DNA from: Octopus vulgaris
Lineage: Eukaryota
Assembly (NCBI GenBank): GCA_951406725.2
Contig: OX597823.1
Location: forward strand, 9,238,001-9,302,000
Length of the DNA stretch: 64,000 bases
Direction of reading: 5' to 3'
In this document: positions 55,708 to 64,000 of the stretch, in pieces
How positions within the stretch are numbered: the stretch's first letter is position 1
Layout: each line of letters starts with the position of its first letter
The notes under the pieces: generated by a model
Database searches by the model: none
Told to the model about the DNA's origin: nothing
The model's input: only the letters and a program-made list of their open reading frames with translations
Program-made: the position numbers and the translations under genes

Positions 55708-55901
55708 TATATATACATCCATATTTGTACAAACCATTATATGCATATAAATATATATATACATACATATATATATATTTGTACACACCATTATATCATT
55801 ATATATTTATATATCTTGGGCAAGTGTTTTCTGCTATAGCCCCGGGCCGACCAATGCCTTGTGAGTGGATTTGGTAGACGGAACCTGAAAGACGCCTGTC
55901 G

Positions 55902-55941
<40 letters not shown>

Positions 55942-56504
55942 CATATATATATATGTATGTATGCATGTATATTTTAGCAAAATCAATAAAATGGGTACAG
56001 TGAACATGCCGTGAAGAGTGGAATATAAAACCATTAGGATGCAGTCTTAATTCAGTGAAAAGTTAAAAGTAGAATAATTAATGGTGCACAGCAGGGTTTT
56101 ACATCTAAGTAAAAGGGGAAAAGGGAAGGGCAACTGATAGGAAGCGCAGGACCACGGGAGCTGCAAGCGTGAACAAGAAATGTTGGAAAAGTTATGTAGA
56201 AGGAGGAAAAAGAAATGGAATGAGGAGAAACGGTCAAAATCGAGAGTGAGGTGGAGGGAAAATACGAGGAGAGAAGGGAGTTGAAGGATTGGAAAGGGTT
56301 TAAGGAATTGAGAAGCGGTGTAGGAGTAGAAGGTGACAAAGTGCCAAGTTCGAATATGAAATGTTGTTCCAATCATTTCATTAGAGTCTGTTTGATCATA
56401 CAGCCACTTCCGCGCACACACAAGCTCGATGCGACACACGCAAACACATCTATATACCTATGCATATACATACATATGTGTATATATAGTAATATATATA
56501 TATA

Positions 56505-56925
56505 TACTCTTTACTCTTTACTCTTCTACTTGTTTCAGTCATTTGACTGTGGCCATGTTGGAGCACCGCCTTTAGTCGAGCAACTCGACCCCGGCACTTA
56601 TTCTTTTTGTAAGCCCAGTACTCATTCTATCGGTCTCTTTTTGCCGAACCGGTAGGTGACGGGGACGTAAACACACCAGCATCGGTTGTCAAGCAATGCT
56701 AGGGAAACAAACACAGACACACAAACACAAACACACACACATACATATATATACATATATACGACAGGCTTCTTTCAGTTTCCGTCTACCAAATCCACTC
56801 AGAAGGCATTGGTCGGCCCGGGGCTACAGCAGAAGACACTTGCCCAAGATGCCACGCAGTGGGACTGAACCCGGAACCATGTGGTTGGTTAGCAAGATAC
56901 TTACCACACAGCCACTCCTGCGCCT
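56505..56925 (-). mobile_element. SINE family C, full length
   Basis: Reverse complement of the family C consensus. Confidence 0.9.
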
Positions 56926-56942
56926 TATATATATATATATAT

Positions 56943-57127
<185 letters not shown>

Positions 57128-59540
57128 TCTTTAAAAACATATACATACACATATTCTTTATATACATTCTATATTTATTTGCTTCTTATACACATGTATA
57201 CGTAGTTTTTAATTACGTATCTATTTAGCTAACAATGTGCCTATACACCTACATATTTCCTTACTTACCGGTATATTTATAATTTTAACAAAACTTTCAC
57301 CAGCCAACTAAGAGTACTTTCATATGACTAAGGAACTTACCACAAACTGTTTAGTTATTAATCGACCTACTACTAAAGTACACGCTCTTTCACTTCTTGT
57401 GTTAAGCTGCTTTGCTACTAAAAGTGTTATATATGGACGTACGCATAGTTTTAAGTATAACCAGAGTATTCCATTGGACAACCCGTTTAGAAGGACATAA
57501 CGCAGCTTGTTAAGGATTCAGCTTGGTGGCTGACGTAAGATTTTGTTCTCCCAGACTCTATTGGTGATCATAATATTTCCGTTGTCATCACAATATTTCC
57601 GTTGTCGATTTGCGTATTAATTATATCGTTTATTGACAAGATGCTGATTGTATATTAACCCAAATACATGGTGATGTCTACGGATTTGGGGGGGAAAGAC
57701 GTTAATTAAAATGAAAGGCGAGTCTTAGCATCATGAGTCATAAACTCAGTTTTATTTATGCGATGGTTAGGGCAAATCTACATACGTTGGTCTATTTATC
57801 CATAGTTCATTAGAGGCCGTCATAGATGTATCCAACAAGAGTTAGTTCGTCTATAGATGTTATTTCTCAAAAAGGACGTGCCACTTCAGTGTTGGCATGC
57901 TGGTGAACGAAGCTGTAATATTTACCAGCCTTTTGGATGAGTGTGGAGCAGGTACTCTAGCAGTGAATGTGATCCACTAAAATAATTATGTACTAGACTG
58001 TGTAAACGCTTACATTTAAACGTTAAAGGAGTGAAAGCTCGTAGATAAGATGTTCGTGTGTTTACTTTACCAACATGGTCATAGTTTTCTTTCTCAGAAA
58101 GGATGTATCCTTGACCGCACCAGATCATTTTACGTTTCTGCAGTCTTCTTAGATTGAATTCTGCATCCACCTCTCCTCAAGCTCTCACATCCACGATATT
58201 CCTGTTTAAGTACCGAAAGAATCTATCTGTCAGGTCTTGAATACCTAGGAACCTAAACCAATTAGCTAAGAAAACAGGTTACTTGCAACCAAGTAATAAG
58301 CTCTTGGGTTTAATGGCTATGTCTTTTTTTAAATATACTGTACTAATTCGAACCCTAACCGCTAGATATTCGGTTAGGCACCATGAATGAGCCATCACAG
58401 CTTTTCATGTAACAAATTAGCATGAGGCTGTGGCGGGATATGACTTCTTGATGATCTAGAATTTAGCATCTTTTCACCTCATCAAAATCGTTTGGCTCCT
58501 TACTTAGAAGGCAGACGACTTTCGGCATTCGAGCAGACAAATTGGGACATTTGAGCAAACAACATTGGTCTTTTGGACAGACCAATTCTGAACGTTCATA
58601 CGATGTCCTATAAGTATTTTCTACAGACACACCACAGTTTTTCTCTCGTCCCAGACGGCAATTGTATTATTAATATCTTTCATTGTAAATAACCAACTCA
58701 ACACATAATATCATGTCTGGCAATAAATATTAAAATTAAAGGTTCATGAATTTGCTTTACTTATTAGTCACGCAGCGACAAACGTTTTCAGATGGCTACA
58801 ACCCGCGACAACAATTGTAATAAAGACATCCATTGCGACAATAGCGAACCAAACGTTCACAATATATCATCATTAACTAGCTAGATACGAGCAACTAAAC
58901 AACTTTCAAAACAGACAGGTGAACATATAAATATGAATATATAAATATAAGAGAAATAAGTAGTCACTTGAATTTCTAGGAACGAGAGCAAATTCTTTCC
59001 CTGAAATCACATCTCACATCTGTTCAACAAAGAATGGAAATAATTGGATAATGACGCCTCATAGATGGAATAGTGATGATTAGGATGTTTAATGGTCATG
59101 TCTTTGCACAGTCAGAATTCTCTGGGGCGGAACAACAATCAGTAGTAGCGTATAATAAAACATGTTCATTCAATCATATGCACATGTATTATCAGCTCAC
59201 CTTCAAATTTAGAATATTGTATAGTCTGTTTCTCCAACCAATAAATATACGTTTACGACTGTAACCATACATAGCAAAAGCAGTATGGCAGCTATATATC
59301 TAATGTAAAATATAAGGGGACCTCTACGTGGTCACTCGATATACCAAAAAGTATAGCCGAACTTCCCTCACGATGTACCCTACCATCTTTAATAACAAAA
59401 TGATACGTTTCATAATATAGTCCTAGTCAATCCTTCTCTACAAAGACTGGACTATCATAACTGAGATACTTTTGACCATATGTTTGATAGGCTCGGCTGA
59501 AAAACAATATCTGCTTAATATTTAAAATCAATCTTGAACT

Positions 59541-60078
59541 CTACAGAAAAGACTTTCTAACTAGAAAGGGTATGGACTGGTCAGCCTGTAATGACATGCA
59601 TAAGATCTGGTCATCAAATCTGAGTAGAGACTTCAAACTTGAAATCTTCAAAGCCACAGTCGAACCAATTCTACTATATGGCTCAGAAACCTGGACGCTA
59701 TCAAAGAAGCTTGAGAGGCGGTTGGATGGAACCTACACTCGCCTCCTTATGAAAGCTCAAAATCTCTTGTGGAAGCGCCATCCAACCAAAATGCAAATAT
59801 ATGGGAAACTACCACCTGTTTCATCACTTGTGAAAGGTAGGAGAGTCCAGTTTGCTGGACATTGCTGTAGAGCTGAAAAAGAGGTAATTTCTACTCTTCT
59901 CCTCTGGAAGCCATCTACTCGCAATACCAGAGGGCGCACACTCTCCTACCCTGATGTAATCTCCAGGGATACAGGCATCCAGCAACAGGACCTCTGTAAT
60001 GCCATGATGGACCGTGAAGTCTGGCGTAGCATGGTATATTCCATTGTCTCGACCACGGTCGAACAATGATGATGATGG
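59541..60078 (+). mobile_element. 5'-truncated RTE-clade LINE 3' end
   Basis: ORF 59572-60069 FKATVEPILLYGSETWTL..RLDGTYTRLL..QFAGHCCR..AMMDREVWR; (GAT)n tail straight after the stop. Confidence 0.88.
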
Positions 60079-60569
60079 TTATAGTTTCTCTTGAAAATAT
60101 TCCACTCTAAACAACACACACACACACACACTTTAAACCTCCTTTTGTCAGTTCCCACATTTCTCCGACGATTCTTAGTGTGACTCTCAGGAATTGCTAT
60201 ATTCTAACACCTACACTTCGTTGATAACCTATCTTTTATTATGCATTTGTTCTGTAGTAGGTTAGCCTTGGCAGCTTGGTGAGAATTTCTAGAATTTCTA
60301 GATTATGTTGCTGATAATTTTTCGACAGCAGCGATATCAATTCTCCACACGGAGCTCCAGGAAAACTCGCCGTTTTCATTTTTCCCCCATCGTCCTATTA
60401 TTCACTTATTCCAATACCATCGCACACATTAGAAATAACATGGACTCAATGCAAAGAACAAGAGTATGATTTCTATCAACATCACCATGAACAGCATTGT
60501 GCCCATCAATAATACCATCACAACCACTAAAACAATCAACATCATAATTATACACCCTTATCGAATACT

Positions 60570-60840
60570 TCTACTCTCTTTTACTATCTTTTACTTGTTT
60601 CAGTCATTTAATAATGTGGCCATGCTGGAGCACCGCTTTTAGTCGAACAAATCGACTCCCAGGACTTATTCTTTGTAAGCCTAGTACTTATTCTATCGGT
60701 CTCTTCAGCTGAAACGCTAAGTTACGGGAACGTAGATACACCAGCATCGGTTGTCAAGCGATATTGGGGTGTCAAACACAGACACACAAACATATACACG
60801 CACATACATACATACATACATACATACATACATACATACA

Positions 60841-60874
<34 letters not shown>

Positions 60875-60892
60875 CATACATACATACATATG

Positions 60893-60942
<50 letters not shown>

Positions 60943-61077
60943 CATATATATATGTATTAACGCTCGAAAAGTTAAACCCTCCTTCTTTCCTTCTTTCCTG
61001 AGCGTCCAATAATACTATAGTTGTTCCACATCCTCGCGTTGTTGTGTTTTTTTGAGTTTTCTTGTTTGGATGAACTT

Positions 61078-61150
<73 letters not shown>

Positions 61151-61307
61151 GACGGGCTTCTTTCAGTCTCGGTATACCAAATCCACTCACAAGGCTTTGG
61201 TCGGCCCGAGGCTACAGTAGAAGACACTTGCCCAAGGTACCACGCAGTGGGACTGAACCCGGAACCATGTGGTTCGTAAGCAAGCTACTTACCACACAGC
61301 CACTCCT
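60570..61307 (-). mobile_element. SINE family C split by an F2 repeat fragment inserted in its internal microsatellite
   Basis: 3' half 60570-60790, 5' half 61150-61307; 60961-61078 matches family F2 on the + strand. Confidence 0.8.
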
Positions 61308-61795
61308 ACACTTACTGTCGAATTTATTGATAACATCTTCGCAACATGACCAACTCATCAACAAAGTAAAAAAAAAAAAAAAACAAATTTCATGAAAGTT
61401 TCTATCCAACGAGAAAATTTCCTCACTTGATCTGATAGGCATAGAATCCCAGTTTGTCCGAAATAACACGTGGGAAGTTCAGTAGAATATGAAGAACAAC
61501 AGTCCCTGATATAGATACATACTTGTTGGTAGGTCCAAACGGCCTTAGTCAAAACAATTATTGTGATTACCATAATCACTTTAATTAAACTAAGAACACT
61601 TACAGTGTAGCGGGCATCGAGAGCACCACACGACTGCTACAATATCCGTTGATAACACCCCCAGGGGCCTCGTGGATTCTGACCAGACCTACAACTTGAC
61701 AATAGCTATTAACTCGAATAAAACCCTTCCATGAACAACGGCAAATCAAAGTTACAAACCTATCGGCTACATAATTATCAGGACTACTACTGCTG

Positions 61796-61849
<54 letters not shown>

Positions 61850-62289
61850 TTACTACTACAGTTGCTGCTGTTGCTGCTGCTGCGGCTGTTGCTGTTGCAA
61901 CTCTTGCTGTCAATGCAAAAAACCGGCGCCATTACGCCAGGAAAACCACTGCCGCCACCACCGAACCAATACCAGCGTCGCTGCCACTACCCACTACTGC
62001 CAACTCTAACACTATTGCCAACACCATCTTTGTCGATAAAGTCGTTATTATCTACATGTGATATATATTTATTTCATTTTTTTTTTCGTATTTCTCCAAC
62101 GTACCTCATTGTAACAAAAATATTATTCCCTTGTCACTAATAGAACTTCAGTCATACTAAAATTGATATTCCCTACTAACAACATTGTTGTGTGTATATA
62201 AAGCTGTACGCATGTGTGTGTGTGTTTTATTATGAATACATGCGCTTGTGTATGCAAAAGTAAGAAATAGGGAAGGAATAAAATAAGAG

Positions 62290-62820
<531 letters not shown>

Positions 62821-63219
62821 CCAGAGAGAAAGAGAGAGGATGAGGAGGATACAAAGGAAGTAAGAGGGGTGCATTACAGTGGGGGAAGAAAGCGTCAGGG
62901 AGCAGAAACAATTGCCAATTCATTAGGCATAATTGTAATCAATTATGGAATAATTTTGAATAAGAATGAAACATCTCGAAAAGGATTAATATTTTCTGAA
63001 TTTCGTTTTCCCTTAATTCATTGTATGGTGTGGTCGACAATTTGTCTTTTACAAAACGTAATAAGATACTCAATTACGCAGATGTATGTATCGATATGTG
63101 TAAGCGTACACGCAGACGATTTTGTAGACATACACAAAAGCACATAACTAATTGTGTATGTACACACGCACACACACACAACCCCCCCACACACACACAC
63201 ACACGCACACACATATGTA

Positions 63220-63385
63220 AGGCGCAGGTGTGGCTGTGTGGTAAAGACTTTGCTTTCCAGCCACATGGCTCCCGGTTCAGTTCCGCTGCGTAGCATCTTG
63301 GTGAAGTGTCTTGTATCATAGCATCAGGCTGATCAAAAAGCATCGTGAGTGGATTTGATGGACAGAAAGTGAAAGAAAGCTGAGA
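63220..63385 (+). mobile_element. Diverged SINE family C 5' half
   Basis: aggcgcaggtgtggctgtgtggtaa head and gtgagtggatttg block. Confidence 0.75.
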
Positions 63386-63454
63386 GAAGCAAGACCTGCG
63401 AGGGATTATTTGTGTGTGCATGTGTATAATACATGTATGAGTGCGTGGATGTGA

Positions 63455-63485
<31 letters not shown>

Positions 63486-64000
63486 CGCAAATATGAGTGC
63501 ATTAGTACCTACTGTATACCCATCATCGATAAAGACTCCGTTTATTCATCTAGTACCCGCAATTGACTGCTCTGCCTTCCCAAAAATCTACACATTCTCC
63601 GCCAACCTGTAGTGTCTCTAAACAGAAAATAAGTGTTGTTACTGCAAAAGTGCTAGGCGCCCTCCACCGGGCTATCGACAACCCAGATATACAACTTTAA
63701 CATTGGATGTTGCTCAACACGGGTTGCCTTACAACCAAGAACAGGGTTCATCAACCGTAGGCCGACCCCTCAATCTAATGCATGTCCTGTAACGCACTGC
63801 ATTCACCTCCATAAAAGTGATGTGCTCCCGCAAATGCACACACACATGCACGTATCTATTTTCAAAAACATCTCTACACACATATGCACACATACGCACG
63901 CTCGCATACGTTGATATTCGTATGTTTTTTCCTGTCTTACCTCTCCAACGTTACCACCAAGCCTCAGTCCAGCTTATTCCGTCCTCACTCCACCAACAAT

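Noticed and set aside
57922-58170. 82-aa ORF in non-repetitive sequence
   Set aside because: No recognisable motif or exon boundaries; possibly an old TE relic

Overview
AT-rich, microsatellite-saturated eukaryotic DNA with no convincing host protein-coding exon; most ORF-track entries are artefacts of (TA)n, (CA)n, (TTA)n and (GAT)n repeats. The mix of tRNA-derived SINEs, RTE and R4/Dong LINE relics and (TA)n density suggests a coleoid cephalopod such as Octopus (inferred, not searched). Recognisable elements: four tRNA-SINE families, (TAA)n-embedded R4/Dong-like retrotransposon copies, RTE, HERO-like, CR1/Jockey-like and L1/Tx1-like fragments, mariner relics and non-autonomous Helitrons. 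The main signal is a set of about 9-10 minimal type-I hammerhead ribozyme motifs from at least five unrelated non-coding repeat families, mostly anchored at (TA)n tracts and resembling Penelope-like pseudo-LTRs. Two of them lie in a perfect 263-bp-arm palindrome at 22571-23125. All calls are by eye and element boundaries are approximate.
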